DNA from: Lama glama | Lineage: Eukaryota | Assembly: GCA_028534125.1 (NCBI GenBank) | Contig: CM052816.1 | Span: 92,506,001-92,570,000 of the forward strand | Direction: 5' to 3' | Length of the DNA: 64,000 nucleotides | Shown: in pieces, positions 35,950 through 50,160 of the stretch | How positions within the stretch are numbered: position 1 is the first letter of the stretch | How the letters are laid out: each line of letters begins with the position of its first letter | Notes under the pieces: model-generated | What the model was told of the DNA's origin: nothing | Databases searched by the model: none | What the model saw: the letters and a program-made list of their open reading frames with translations, nothing else | Position numbers and translations under genes: made by a program

Positions 35950-37500
35950 AGGGTTTATAACCATTTACATGTAATGGTTGGGATTAAATCTGCCATCTTG
36001 ATGTTTGTTCTCTGTTTATCCCATCTGTTTTCTGTTCACTCTCCCCCTTACTCCCTGCTATTGGTTTCTTAGCTATACCTCCTCATCTTCATTTTTAGTG
36101 GTTGTGCTAATGTTTATAATATATCCTCAACTTCCACATCTACTTTAAAGAATAACATTTGAAAGTTATGTATAACTTTACAAAAGTAAACTTCCATTTT
36201 CCCCTTCCATCCTTTGTTCTATTGTTGTCATTTTATTTCTGCATAAATTAGGAACTCAACATGTTCATTATTTTTGCTTTATGTAGTTAATTACTCTTAG
36301 AAGAAATTTTAAAATGAAAAAATACTTTCATGTTTACCCACATACGTACTCTTCATTCCTTTGTGTAGATCCAAGTTTCCCTCTGGTTTTATTTTTCCTC
36401 TCTCTAAAAATTTTCCTTGAACATTACTTATGGTGATGTTAAATGGCAAAGTCGCTCAGCTTTTGTCTTAATAAATCTATTTTACCTTCAGGTGAAATTT
36501 TTAAAGGAGATTTTTGCTGGATATAGAATTTTATGTTGACAATATTTTTTTCATTCTGCAATTTAAAGATGTCTCCTGACTTGTGTTATTTCTGAAAAGA
36601 AATCACTTATTCTTTTATTTGTTCCTCTGTACACCATGTGCCTTTTTTCTCTGGCTGGTCCTAAGATTTTTCTCTTTATCATTGTTTTTCAGCAATTTCA
36701 TTGTGATGTGCTTTGTTGTGATTCTGTGTGATTATCCTGCTTGGACTTCCTTTTAAGATTCTTAGATCTGTGGTTTCATAGTTTTTATTAAATTTGGATT
36801 TTTTCAGCCATTGTTTCTTCAACTATTATTCTGCCTCTGTCTCCTCCCCTCCTGCAACACACACTTTCCTGGGACTCCAGTTAATCCTGTAATGAATACC
36901 TTGATATCATCCCAAGGTCATTGAGGCCTAATTTATCTTTTCTATGTTTCAGATTGAATAGTTTGTATTATTACATCTTCAAGTTCACTTTTCTTTTTCC
37001 ATGTCTAAGCTACAGCTTAGTCCCATCCAGTATATTTTTTCACTTCAGATATCTTAATTTTCATCTCTAGACTTCCCATTTGGTTCCTTTTTATGTCTTC
37101 ACTATCTTCCCTGATTATATTCACATCATTTAAAGATCCTTAAACATATTGAGCATGTTTGTAAGAGCTATTTCAAAGTCTTCATATACTTGTTCTATCA
37201 TCTCTGCCCTTGGTGGGTCTTTTTCTATTGATCTTTTCCTTCTGGTTTTGGGTCATATTGTCCTGATTCTTGGTATGTCTGGTAATTTTTTATTGGATGC
37301 TGAACACTGAGTTGCTAGGTCACTAAGTGTCTAAACTTTGCTACCCTCCTTTAAAAAATTGTTAGTGTTGGAAGGCAGTTAAATTCTTGGAAGATCAGAT
37401 TGGTTTGATCCTTTCATGGCTGCTTTTAGCTTTAAGGACAGGTCTGGAGTAGCCTCTGTTCTGGGCTACCTTAGCCCTACTACTAAGGTAACACCTTCTG
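35950..37500 (-). mobile_element. Ancient L1 (L1M) ORF1-region remnant
   Basis: T-rich; gatttttgctggatatagaatt...tttaaagatgtc...aagatttttctctttatc...cagccattgtttcttcaa is typical of antisense L1 ORF1. Confidence 0.8.
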
Positions 37501-38072
37501 GGTCTCTTGAATAGTCATTTTGGAAGGTAGGTCTCTTGAAGGCATAATGTGGAAGATCCATGGCTTGACCTTTGTCAAGAGATTCATAAGATTCTCTCTC
37601 CACATGATAAAGCTTGAGACCAAAGAGTTGTTGTGAGGGAGAATGGAATTGAGGTTGGCTGCAGTTGCACAGAGGGACTGAACATATGGCTGGATGCTAA
37701 GAAACAGTTAAGAGTGCTCTTGTAAAGAAAAGTGGCTGTCAGATAGTTGAACATTATTCACAAGGTGCGTAATTCAGTGTGGTACTTGATTCTCTCTGTA
37801 TATAAGGACTTGACAGCTTCTTGACCTGCTGCAGAGATGATACTGAACTTCCTGGTCCCTATTGGGATACGGTGACACTGAAGATTGCATTCATCTAACT
37901 GTGCGTCTCCTTAGGACTGTCAGCCTACAAACAGGAACTCTGAGGCACTGCTACAATTTTGAAGCCATTGTCCCTCGTCGTGTGTCTTTGCTTACATTCC
38001 TGAACCTTACAAAAGTCATTAAATTGTTCTGTGTGGAGCAATTCCTTTCCAGTTCACATTTGAAAAAGCCTA

Positions 38073-38216
<144 letters not shown>

Positions 38217-38219
38217 TCA

Positions 38220-38444
<225 letters not shown>

Positions 38445-41400
38445 TTAAGCCCAAACTTACCTTGTCTCAATTTAGTGGCATTGTTCACCTTTGAAATGTA
38501 GGTAAGTTTAATGTCCCCAAAACAGGTTGGCCCAGAAATAGATTCAGTGGATATTCATTCACAATACCAAACTGTCTTTTCTGATATCTATCTCATGGTT
38601 CTCTGAAGATTTCCCATTGTTTTTATTTCCTCAATGTTTAGAAAGCCACAAATGTAATCTGACCGTTTTAAAGGTCTGTGTTTTTCGCTCCATTCTCCAG
38701 CCCCAGGTTGTTTCTTAACAAACATGATATCCTGCAGAGGTCATAATAGACATAGGGACAACAAGGTCTCCTTAAGGTAAACATAAAAGTGCCCTGTGAT
38801 ACAGCTGTTGGGAATTCTGTGCACGAAGTTCCAGACAATCAGATTTGACCTTCATGCTTACGCTTAAGAGTATAGGAGCCAATTTCCACTGCCAGTAAAA
38901 ATTTACTACCCATGGCACAAAGAGACTAACAAATGAAGGAAGTCGTCATAAAACCTGGAAGAAGCAGACAATGCCAAATACACCCTTTGCAACATGAAGT
39001 TCAAGTCCCGGAGCCAGAACACTTCACAGAGCTAGCCACCTCCAGGCTAAAAGAGGGGCTGGAACACACGGAGGTGAGGTTTAGGGGGCAAAGAACTGTA
39101 ATCCATGTTCCATCAAAACGCTGCAGGAAAGCTCACAGGACTTGGGTCTGCATGTTAAAAACAGCATGTGTGTCTTTTCAGCTATTTAAACAGATCAACA
39201 GCAACAAACCTGCACACGAAGGGAATTACTCTGAACCCGTAGCTTTTTTTTTTTCTATCTTCCCCTCGGGCCACTGAGAAAACTGCTTCCTGGGGGAAAC
39301 CTTGTGTGACTGGTACCTGAACACTTTGGTGCCACCTGCGTTGTCTTTGCTGCTCTCCATTGTTAATGTTTCTGTCTATGAGGATGCTAACTGGATTATT
39401 ACCAACCTTAATGATGAGGTGCCCTGAACCATGAAGACCCTTATTCCATCGCTGAAGGTCGCGCCTGGGTACACCTGAGCTGTGAAATCTCCACGTGCAT
39501 TAGATATGGTTTGAAGCGTGCCCTGATTGCAGCTGCTTCCTAGAAACTTTGAAGCTGTGCTGCAGGCACTCGGGCCCCAAGCCCTGGCCACAGATGACTG
39601 GATAGAGTTGTGTGCATGGCTCAAGGTTCCATAGGCTGGCTGAACCAGTCAGATTTTGCTTCTCAGAAATTTGAAGATGCAGTTTCCTTCAATGGTGGGA
39701 GCAGCCTTTTGTGCCCAGAGGATGGAGAGTGGGAGAGAGAGGTGGCGGGAGACAAAGAGAGGAAGGGGGAGGGAGAGAGAGACAGGGAGAGAACTTGTAT
39801 AGAGAGAGGCAGAGGGATCTTGAACAGTGAGACCACCTCTCTGTGGATCGTGAGAAACACAGCTGGAAGCCTTCACTCATGTGTCTCTGGGTCCCAGGCC
39901 CCTTCCAGGAGGACTGGCTGTACTTCCTTCCTGTTCTGTGGGAGTCTCCTTGTCAAACTGACTTAAGTAGTTATCTGTCCTCACAACCTAAACTGCTTGA
40001 ACAGAACCCAAAGTATGTTAGAAACTCATATTTCTTGCATATTTCTGGCAAGGCTGACTTAGGCTTAGGCAATATTTCATATTAATCATAAAACAGCAAC
40101 TTCAGCTCATAGGCACTTGTCATTCTCACTGAAACCCACACAGGACTGGAATTCATGGATTTGCTCAAACCTCTTCCTTGCTGCAGACACTGAGCCTGTA
40201 CCACCTCTTCAGCCCACCACGGACGAGGCCTGTGTGTGTCTTTCAGGTGCATGAAGACCTCAGGAGCCAAGGTGAGATGGATGTGTCTGGTGGGGAAGAG
40301 ACCATTCCATGCCCCCTGTTGTTTAAGAACTCCCTCTTGCCACATTTGCCACCAGAAGGTGTTTCCTCTGTGTTGGTGATAAGCGTCCAGGCCTTCATTT
40401 TTCCTGATCGCAGCTGTGCACCTTGTGTGTCCTTCTGCTTCTGACTTTTGATGAATATCTGAGATGCATTCAAGTGTACCTGCCACGGCTCTGCGGATAT
40501 GCCCTTGTAGCCCGACCCGACTTCATGCCTCCTACCAGGGACCTGCCAGGAGGCTCTGCAGAGTCCGGGCTGGGGTCAGCCTCTTCCACAAGCAGTGGAA
40601 TATGGCGTGTATTCCCTGGGCACCTTAACATTCTGTTCTTTCTTAGGAGTTTGTACCCCAGTAAATAACATTCTTTTATGAGTCATATTTGTTTAAGAAC
40701 CTGTTTCTCAGTGAACTCAATGTCCTTGGTTAATGTTAACCTCAGGAGAGATAAAATGTTAGCAATACTTGGCTTGACCTCTCATGTCTATTGTGGCCAT
40801 TCTGTCTATTGTGGTCACTGTGACTTGGGTCATAGTCAGGGTATCATTATTGTCATTAACGTCTCTTCCCCAGAACTACATCTAAAAACCTGGGTCTCTT
40901 TAAGTCCTGGATCAATAAAAAGAAACTTGAGGGGGAAATCGTCACACTATTAGATACGTTTCTTCTTTAAGAAGGTTAACAGAGGGGCTGGGCTTTCCTT
41001 CTTAGCTTGTGATTCAGAACTTGCTTGGTGTTTGTACGGGCACTGTTCTAGTCACAGTGGTATGAGACCCACACTCCTTCCCACAGGAACTTGAAATCCA
41101 GTAAAGAAATAAACGTGACGATGATTTCAAGCATAAAGAACTGAAATCAAAATAAGGTTCTTGCTGATTTCTGCTAAGAGTATGTAGGAACCTGTGGAAA
41201 CCTCAAAAAAGTAGCATCCTACTGCTGATGTAAGTGGGGCTGCCCGAAGGCTGATCCAAGGGCCCCTGCCAAACAGAGGTCACCACTCGGAGGAGAGAGT
41301 CCAGCCCTTACTCACCTCCCCAAGGCGCGTACCGCACACACACAGTGGCCTTGGCTGGGCCAATAATAGCAAAACAAAAACAAAAATGAAAAAATCCTAG

Positions 41401-41486
41401 CACTGCCCTCCCACTCTGGGCAAAATCCCAAACCCACAGGTAAATAACATCAGAACCTATTGATTTGCCCCTGAAACTCCTACTTC

Positions 41487-41710
41487 AGTGCTACAAAAGT
41501 GTGCTCTCCAGACCAGTGCCAACCAACTCTTGCCAATCTGCAAGAATACGTACAGAAATGGAGAGCGAGTGTTTAGAAACTTTTATGGCAACTTGATCTT
41601 GGTGCAACATTTTAATTTAATTTTACAAAAGTGCCAGTCTGTAAAGGATTGGCAGTTTTTTAAATGGATTACACCACAGATTCACCACGGACAGTTTTAA
41701 AAGCATTGCT
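41487..41710. mobile_element. hAT-Charlie non-autonomous element
   Basis: cagtgctacaaaagtgtg...cagttttaaaagcattg degenerate TIRs. Confidence 0.55.
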
Positions 41711-43244
41711 CTGCCACAGTTTTCGAAGGGAAAAAGCCACTTTACTTCCTGCTCCAAAAAGAGACTCGTGGTGTCTCCCTTTCCTGCACAGTGCGTGGCT
41801 TCTCTCTCGGTGTGCTTGCACATAAAAAGACACACAGGAGGCACAGCCAAAAATGCAGCTGGTGACCGACTGCTCTCACAAGCCGATTGAAGTGCTCCAT
41901 TATTACCTTGTGAAATATAGACCTAGTGGAAGAATTAACATCCATTTACCATTTTCTGATAAATGAATTATACATAGATGGAATATATATACCAGTGCTG
42001 AGTTTTTCTTTTAATCTACCCAGCATGCTTGATTTATAGCCAAGGGCAGCTTCTGGTAAGAGATATAAATACGTACTTATCTTTCCTATTTACCTCCAGG
42101 GATACGAATATTTTATAACAAACATCATTCTCACTAAGCATCACCTTATCTCTGCTCTGTTTTTTATTTAAGAGAGTCATAAATGTGTTTCCTTGGAATC
42201 GCACACTGAAAGTTCCAGAACATTCATGCAGTTTTCTAGGTCTTCACCTGTTGTCAGTTTGCACCAGCTGCTTCTCTCCACCTAATCCTGGGGTCCTTCC
42301 TGGGAGGTTAGTCCAACAGAGAAGCCACCACCCACAGGAAGTCCTGGCGCACGCTGAGCAGCGGACAGAGGCCGACACTTGAGGTACGTGAAGGCATTCC
42401 CACGGCATCTCCCAGATTTTGTCTTTGGGGATGACAGGGATAACGAGGAATGGGGCCAGGGAAGTCTCAGGCTCTTGTGTTTGTCCTTATGAATGTGCTG
42501 GTCTATGGTTAGGAGCAATGGCCTAAGTTACACGCTGTCCAGGAAAATGTCTAGCGTTACTCATTTGACCTCCACCCCATCTTTTCAAACTGAAGGGTGA
42601 GCAAAACGGAATTTTAAAATGCTATGCTGATACTCAATTTTTTTTTAACAGCCAACCTCTTCTTGGTTCTGTCTGAGGTTTTAGAAGTTAGAAAAAAGAT
42701 TTTTTGTTCCTAGCATGAAACCAGAAGCCATACACAGTTCTTTACTTTTGAGATGCAGCAGAACACAATGTGCCTGATCAGTTTGGTCACCTAACCCTCC
42801 CTGACACTGGACTCCTACACTGAGGACCGTTTAAGCCTGGAGGAAATACTGAGATTAGAAGGGCATGATATAAAGCTCATGTGAGAAGTGTAAGAAATCC
42901 TGGCACGAGGTGGGGGAATTAAACTTACCAAAAAAAAGAAAAAAGTTCTGAGGCTGGATGGTGATGATAGTACATAATGCCGCTGAACTAAACGCTTAAA
43001 AATAGTTAAAATGGTAAATTGTATGTATATTTTGACACAATAAAAAGTCAGTCTTATACTAACAATATTCATACAACTCAGTGTGGACACATGTGACCAA
43101 AATTTAAGAGAGGAACTTGTTCTAAGAATCAGAAAAGAACAAGGGCATGTGTTTTCATTTTAGCTATAATTTCTCGCATCATTTGAAACCTACAAGGTTA
43201 GAAAGCCATTAAATGTTGGCATCACACAGGAAATTCACTTCCAA

Positions 43245-44951
43245 TTTATTGGTGGCATGTAAAAGTGTTACTAATTTATATGCAATTCCTCCTAATTAGT
43301 TTGTTACATTCATGAAATTATACAACTGAATTAAAAACAAAACAAAAATATCCAATATCTCTTCCCTGAAAATCTTCTGTTTTGAAGCTTTCTCAAAACA
43401 TAGCAACTATTTAAAAGTCTTCTTTACTTTCATTGACTTTAAATGTCCTTTATTCACAATTTGGTCTTGCCCCTTTATGTGAAGCGTTCTTGCCCCACTC
43501 TGCCCCATCTGCCACCACAGTTAAGGATAAACATCACGGGTTGATACGTCACAGAGTTATAGGCTGCTGATCCTTGTGAAAAGTTTTTCCTTCCAGTCCT
43601 GGATTGATGTGGAGATCACTGCACTGGGTAAAGAGACGCAAGGCGAGTGAGAATATACAAATGCCAGGCAGGTACCCAGACAGGCTCAGGTGAGCCAGGA
43701 GTCTGGAGCAGCAATTCTGTGAGTCTCAGTCGCAGTGAACACAAAGGGGAGAGTTCATTTTTTCTTGGTCACAGTAGTACATCAAGGGGGTAACCTGCAA
43801 CAGTGTCAGTGAAATGACACCTCCAAGCAGGAAGGGGCTGTAGAGATCAGCTAGGCTCGCCTCTTCTGGGTGGCTGTGAAAGGAACGCAAAGGCCCGTGG
43901 TGGGGCTCCTTCCTCTCCAGCGCTTCACCCAGAAAACAAAATGACCGCAGGCAAAACCTGCCTATGTAACACACGCAGGTGATTATCCCCCTTACAAGAG
44001 AACCCGAGTCTGATTTTCATACACCACAGCATTGAACATACCTCTTTTTATTTATAGTAAAAATGCGGAAACGTGAGAGAACATTAGCATCAAACACGCT
44101 GCCATCCTTAGGAGGGGCTCATAACTTTGAAGTAGTATGTCATTAGCCAAGATTTTTCAAGTTATTTTGTGTTCATTGAAATTTGAAACAAACTAGCAAA
44201 GTACCTCCAAAATAAAGATTACCGAAGTAAACTAGGGAAGCATGTCCAAGATAAAGATGACCAAAAGGCAGTCAGCCTGAGGACATCAGTTGTCTATCGT
44301 TGTTGCAACACATTAGCACAGACTTGGTGGCCTGAACGCCACACGTGTGTGATCCTGCAGTCCTGCAGGCTAGAGGTCCCACACGGGTTCCACAGGGCTG
44401 AGATCAAAGTGCTGTCAAGGCCGCGTCCCCTTCTGGAGGCTCCAGGGGGGGATCCGCTCCCCGGCCTTCTCCAGCTTCCGGGGGCCGCCCCCACTCTCCG
44501 GCGCGTGGCTCCTTCCTGTAACTGCAGTAACTTCCTTCCTGTGCCTGCTGCCAGTCACAGAGCCAGTGCTGCTGCACCTGACAGCTCTTCCCCACCTCAC
44601 ATTTCCCTCCGACTGACACTCTCCCAAGTGCCTCTCTACCTTTAAGGACCCCTGTGACTACATTGGGCCCACCTGGAGCACGCAGACTACTCTCCCTAGT
44701 TCAAGGTCAATGGATTAGTACCTTAATTCCACCTGCAACCTTACTCGCCTTTGCCGTTGAACCCAACAGTATTCACGGGTCTGGGGGTTAGGATGCAGAC
44801 ATCTGGCGGGGGTGGGGTGGGGAGTGTGAGTCTACTTACCACACGTTAAATACACATGTAAATACACATTAAATACGCCAGTTTAACAGTTTTGTGACAG
44901 TTCAGTAATTGTCATTTAATTGCCTTAATCTACAGAATGTATCTTTTTAAT
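43245..44951 (-). terminator. Candidate OTULINL polyadenylation signals (true site not determinable)
   Basis: Minus-strand ATTAAA at 44951-44946 and 44920-44915; AATAAA at 44052-44047, 43454-43449 and 43250-43245. Confidence 0.35.
44283..44842 (-). mobile_element. MLT1D-like MaLR solo LTR
   Basis: gggctgagatcaaagtg...cttctggaggctccaggg...tttaaggacccctgtgactacattgggcccacctgg...ttaggatgcagacatct...cttaccaca is the reverse complement of MLT1D. Confidence 0.85.
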
Positions 44952-45114
44952 TTATATAAAACCTATTAGACTGGCCAGAAGCAATATTAAACAGGCCAGA
45001 GCAAAAAACATAAAGAGATATAAAACAAACTGTACAACCTCACAAAGTAGTGGCTATGTGTGTATGTGTTTATATGTATATCTAAAACCATACCTGTATG
45101 TGTGTGAGTGTAAA

Positions 45115-45115
<1 letters not shown>

Positions 45116-45147
<32 letters not shown>
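45116..45147. repeat. (CA)16 microsatellite, probably in the OTULINL 3' UTR
   Basis: Perfect CA run about 490 nt past the stop codon. Confidence 0.95.
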
Positions 45148-45149
<2 letters not shown>

Positions 45150-45639
45150 TTCAAAGTTAATCAAATGATCCTGGAAAGTCGAAATACCATAAAGACTCCT
45201 GGGAAGGTAATGCTTTATAAAATAAGGCCTTGTTTTGCAGATCCAAAATCAGCCAAAGACAAGATTCTTAAGAACAGAAAGGTTACAGACAAATTCTTCC
45301 TTTCCCTTTAGTCCTTTTCCCCTACTTGTTTTCTTCCCGCTTTTTTTCCTGCTGTTCAAAATAAACATTCTTGTGCTCTTAAAGGCCTGCTGCGTGTGAA
45401 ATGGCCAGGGCCCTGAGGAACAAGGTCAAACCAGCAACCCACAAATACATTAGTGCAGCTGCTCTGGAGGAAATCACGGAAGACGAAGGGAAGGCACTTG
45501 AGTCTGCATCCAGTGTACCTGTAATCCCAGGGAGGAAGCTCCCTGTTCCTTCAGCGGCAGCAGCACTAGCTCTGGTCTCTGAGAAACATGTCGTGTGAGC
45601 ACTGTCACTGGCGAGAGCTGGTGCCTGGTCCAGCCGGAC

Positions 45640-45813
45640 TTAAAAGACAGGAATGTGGTAGTGGCGGTCATTCTCGGTCAGCAGGGAGATCTCCGGCCAC
45701 TCCCTGAGCGGCTCCTCTGGGTAGCAGACTTCAAAGTCTCGGGAGTTAAACTTGAATAGTCTGAACACTTTTATCTTCACTTCAAGGCAGTATCCAAGTA
45801 TAAACATATCAAT
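45640..45813 (-). CDS. OTULINL: OTULINL last coding exon (exon 8), 174 nt to TAA
   Basis: tcttccccAG acceptor; encodes IDMFILGYCLEVKIKVFRLFKFNSRDFEVCYPEEPLREWPEISLLTENDRHYHIPVF*, TAA at 45642-45640. HYH replaces OTULIN's HYN His box. Confidence 0.96.
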   Translation of the reverse strand: MDMFILGYCLEVKIKVFRLFKFNSRDFEVCYPEEPLREWPEISLLTENDRHYHIPVF

Positions 45814-46608
45814 CTGGGGAAGAGATGAAAGAGGTCACAAATATACATTTCCAAATTGCTGCCTCCCACCAGCAGACAGAGTGTTCCTCTGCAGCTGGGT
45901 CACAGACTTGTTGACAGACCCACACGTGAACCACGGGGTGGGCACAGAACTGGGAGCCAGCATCCACCCCAGGGAAGGCGGCCACAAGCAGGGGGGCACC
46001 TCTGGACATGAGTGTGAAGCAACTACAGGGAGAGCTATTTGAAAAAGAAACTAATAAAACATAAATGCTCACAATAAAAATTACTCTTTTCCAACTAGTT
46101 ATTTGTTTTAAATCAATGTTTACTGAAATGTCAGATAAGTCTGAGCACCTCTTAGGAAAGCAAAGTAAAACAAAACTCCTTTCCTGTGGGGACACAAAAG
46201 CATTGTCTGGATTTTTAAAATTTCAGTGATTTCTATTTATCTGCAGTAAGTAACCACATGCTTTCCCAAATGTTATCTCATTTTCCAACTGGGCGACCTG
46301 AGTGGGTCCTTCTTCTCCTGGGCAACCCCTGTTGTGGGAGGAGCTGTTCTCACCTGAGAGGCAGCATGAAGGTCAGAAAGGCTCGGGCACTGCTGCTCAC
46401 CGGCCACAGGGCTGCGATGACGCAGCGACCGGCACGGCCTGAAGGCTTAGCACGCTTCCCTTCCTCACTGGAGGGCCAGCGATCCCCAGCCCCCACCTCT
46501 CTGCAGCTGCATTTATCACTGCTGGATGTTAGCCCCACACCCCTCTGTGCTCAAGTGTTACCACCATCGTCCTTCACTAAACACACACGAATCTTCTGCC
46601 TCGTGTAC

Positions 46609-46878
46609 CTGCTCAAGTCCACATGTGTCGCCTACAGAATTCAGGTGATTAATCATGAAGCTCAAAGGGTCGGAGGAGGTCTCCCTGGTGAACAGGAGCC
46701 GGAAAGGACTGGGAATGACCTTCTTAGTCTTCATTTGTTCATAGACCTCAGTGACTTGGTAGAGCATGATGAACTTCAGAGCTTCGTACAGTTTATATTC
46801 CAGAAGAGCATCAGAGAAAAGGATGTTGCACATACTCCCTCTCTTGTGATAATCCTTAATCCCACTGAATTCAGTCCA
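46609..46878 (-). CDS. OTULINL: OTULINL coding exon 7, 270 nt
   Basis: gtttttAG acceptor, CAG|GTACAC donor; encodes WTEFSGIKDYHKRGSMCNILFSDALLEYKLYEALKFIMLYQVTEVYEQMKTKKVIPSPFRLLFTRETSSDPLSFMINHLNSVGDTCGLEQ. Confidence 0.96.
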
Positions 46879-47786
46879 CTAAAAACATAGATGTAGAAGT
46901 GACACTCAGAAGGGTCAGGGGAATACGTACACCACTGTGTAATTTTTAAACCACTTATAAAACAAACCAGAGATTAACAGAGGGGAGTGGAACTTTAACT
47001 TTTCATTTTATATCTTTAGACATTGATTTTTTTTAACCCGAAGTATTACTTTTACAATAACAAACTAGTTTGAATGAAATTTTTTTTTTCAAAAAACCAC
47101 CACCTATAAAGGTAAAATACTAAACGAGTCAGTTTCCTAAAACTACCTCTCGGGTGGCTGGGTTACACAAGGGATGCTCCAGAGACAAACAGTGCTTACT
47201 GGTGTTCTTCACCACCCACTGTGCCAGGGCACAGTTTAAAGTGCTCTACCTGTGTTCGCTCACTGAGTCCTCACAATAACGGTACCGGCCAAATACTATT
47301 TGAATTCCAGTGTTACAGATCAGAAAGACATGGCAGGAAAATGTTGTACTCTTTCCCAAGGAAGGTTCATTTCAACAATCTAAAACCTATGTCTTTACTA
47401 AAAGGCAGGAAAAACTCTTAGTCAAATCATAACATGTGAGCTGTCCCCGAGTTACTAACAGCCCAGAAAAGCATTTCTGAGTGACCTGTCTGGATCCCGC
47501 ACCGTATTTTTCTAGGGAAACACAGGTACGTGATTGTCAAGGTTTCCCGGCCAGCCCACAAAAGCCCCCTTAACCCATTAACAGGCCTAACAATCACGTA
47601 GAACATGGCTCTTGTTCATGACTTGGAAGGAGAAGGGATAGGAAAGGAGACTGTCGGTTCCTGGAAGAGTGTTTCTGCCCAAACTTCCTCCTTACAGAAC
47701 AGGAAGTGACAGGCCTGACAGGAGAGGCGGCAGTTACGCATTGGATGCGTGATTTCATGCCTAGTCTTTCCCCCCCAGACACTCAC

Positions 47787-47915
47787 CTGTGTTTTCAGTA
47801 ATTCCACACATTTGCGTAATTTTCCAAACACATTTGAACCTGTATACTTCTCAGGACCAAAACTGTATTGCTGGATCCAATTACAACCTTGTGAAAAGAG
47901 CAGTTTTTCAGGAAG
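47787..47915 (-). CDS. OTULINL: OTULINL coding exon 6, 129 nt
   Basis: ttttcaAG acceptor, CAG|GTGAGT donor; encodes LPEKLLFSQGCNWIQQYSFGPEKYTGSNVFGKLRKCVELLKTQ. Confidence 0.96.
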
Positions 47916-48299
47916 CTTGAAAAGGAAGTAGATGCCAACAGTGATCAGTGTCTCAACATGTCTTACACACAGCCTGGAATATGTCACAGCAGATAATCTT
48001 ATCTCATTCAGCACTCTTCACTTTAAAAGACTGTAACAGCAGTTAAGTAACAACATGTAGTCCTTTTTTAGATTTCTGGATTAAGTGATTTGGATCATCC
48101 TCTTAATTCACAATTTCACAACTGAGGAAAACCTAAATAAAAATTATGTCTACAAAAACAATTTATCTTTTTGAATAAAACACTTCCCAGACTTCCTAGA
48201 TATATCTCTTTAGAAATTGTTTTTAACCCAACAGCATTACAGTAACATACAGTACATACAGTACAGTGTGTTACAGTAACATAGTACATTGGGGAACAC

Positions 48300-48480
48300 G
48301 TGGGTTTTAGAAGGGTACACTTTGGGGTTCAAACCTAGCTCTGTCACTGCCCTGCTGAGAGTTACTCACCCAGCACAGGTTACTTAACCCCTCAGCCTCA
48401 TCCTCCACTGTAAATCAAGGACAGTGCTATCCACTGTGCAGGACTCTTGCTGGGATTAAATACAATCATGGAATACATGA
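48300..48480 (+). mobile_element. MIR SINE
   Basis: ggggttcaaacctagctctgtcact...caggttacttaacccctcagcctcat...ctgtaaa...ggattaaat. Confidence 0.75.
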
Positions 48481-48884
48481 GAATCTGATCCGCCGTGGGC
48501 ATCTGATGCATTTCCCCACCTGGCCAAGCCTGTGGAGCCCAGGGCCTCTGTAGCACTGTCTGTCCTCAGCAACCAGCAGCAGGGCTGGCACACAGCATAC
48601 ACTTGACAATTGCTAGATGAAACTAAACTACCAATAGAAACAATTCTAAGTAAAAGATACCAAGGAATTAGAACGTGTGTAGTTATATATATACATATAT
48701 ATGTGTGCATATACTTGATATTTCTTTGCTCCTCCATCCTTAAGTGTACATCTGTGGTTAGGCATACTACATTCGAATAAAAATTAAGGTCACAAATCAA
48801 AAATATACTGCCTAGCTGTACATCAGAAATTACCACAACATTGTAAACCAACTAGAGTTCAATAAAAAGAAATTTTTTAATGTG

Positions 48885-49760
48885 CTGCCTTATTAAGAAA
48901 ATGAAAAAACAAGGCACAGACTGGGAGAAAATGTTTGCAAATGACTTATCTGATAAAGCATTTGTATTCAGAATAACTCTCTCAAAACAATCAATAAAAA
49001 AAAAGAACCCAATAAAAATGGTAAAAAGATTTGAACAGAGACTTCTCCAGGAAGATAACATGGATGGCAAATAAGCACATGGAAAGATGCTCAGCATTGT
49101 TACCCATTAGGGAAACATAAACTGAAAGCACAGTGAGACAAATGCACCCCTATTAGAATGGCTAAAAAAACAAACAAAAACCCTAGGATGCGGAGCAACT
49201 GGAACGCAGACATTATTGGTGGGAATGCAGAATGCCAGAGCCACTTTGGAAAACTGTTTGGCAGGTTCTTAAAAATTAAACATAAACCTATCATATAATC
49301 TAGCAGTTATTTACCCAAAAGGAATGAAAACTTATGTTCATACAAGTCCTGAATGGGAATATTTATAACAGCCTCATCCATTACTATCAAAAACTGGAAG
49401 CAATCCAGACGTCTTTCAAATGGGTAAACAAAATGTGCTATATTCATACCAAGGAACACCACTCAACAACATAAAGACTGAAGTACAAATTCACAGAACA
49501 ACACGGATGAGCTGTGAATGCGTTTTGCTAACTGAAAGGCAGATTCAAAAGGCCACACACTGGATAACTGCATTTAGACGACAGGCTGGAAAAGGCAAAA
49601 CTAGGGGGACAGAAGACATGTCAGTGGCTGCCCGGGGCTGGGGGTGAGAGGAGCACAGACAGTGAAGGGGTTCGAGGGCATCTCTGGGGTGGGGGTTACA
49701 CTGTGTGCATTTGTCAACACTCAGGTAACCACATGGTAGGAAGGTAAATTTCAGTAGACA
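48885..49760 (+). mobile_element. L1MB/L1MC-type LINE 3' region; a separate very short younger L1 tail sits at about 48812-48875
   Basis: ORF2 C-terminal fragment KKMKKQGTDWEKMFANDLSDK, then gaaagatgctcagcat...gccactttggaaaactgtttggcag...ggaaaaggcaaaactag. Confidence 0.85.
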
Positions 49761-50010
49761 ACCTTACTTACAAAGGACAGATGCCCTTCTCAAGAAAAAA
49801 ATGCCAGCATTAACAACAAACAAAACTGAGTGCAGCTATCTTTCTGAGATGACTTATTTGCAAACCAACACGAGAGACAGAGGACTGGGCTAAAGCACCC
49901 TCAGTCTCAAGGCGCCCTGTGCACCGAGCCACCCACAGAAGACCGGAGCATCTGGGCTGCGGTGCCCATCCGTGGGCAAGTTTCTCCCAAGTTTCTGTGT
50001 GAGGACGTAC

Positions 50011-50160
50011 CTTCACAATGTCCTTTTCTTTCATCCAGGATGGAAAAGAGAGGCCCTGGCTGAAGATCTGAAATAACACCGACCTTAGCGCATCGTAGTT
50101 GTCTCTTCTGACTTGGCGAACACATTTAATCCGCCGCCGCCAGAACAGCTCCTCGTACGC
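50011..50160 (-). CDS. OTULINL: OTULINL coding exon 5, 150 nt, degenerate catalytic Cys box
   Basis: AG acceptor (50162-50161), AAG|GTACGT donor. Encodes AYEELFWRRRIKCVRQVRRDNYDALRSVLFQIFSQGLSFPSWMKEKDIVK; DNYDALR has Asp (GAT 50094-50092) where OTULIN has catalytic Cys (DNYCALR). Confidence 0.96.

Noticed and set aside
39400..40720. Possible old ERVL/MaLR LTRs and a GA-rich tract (about 39720-39815)
   Set aside because: Too degraded to assign family or boundaries by eye.
46258..46890. 210-aa plus-strand ORF
   Set aside because: Antisense shadow of OTULINL exon 7 and adjacent GC-rich intron; no recognisable domain or gene structure.
47698..47710. Isolated ETS/PU.1- and IRF-like motifs (e.g. 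ACAGGAAGTG)
   Set aside because: Short motifs at chance frequency with no clustering.
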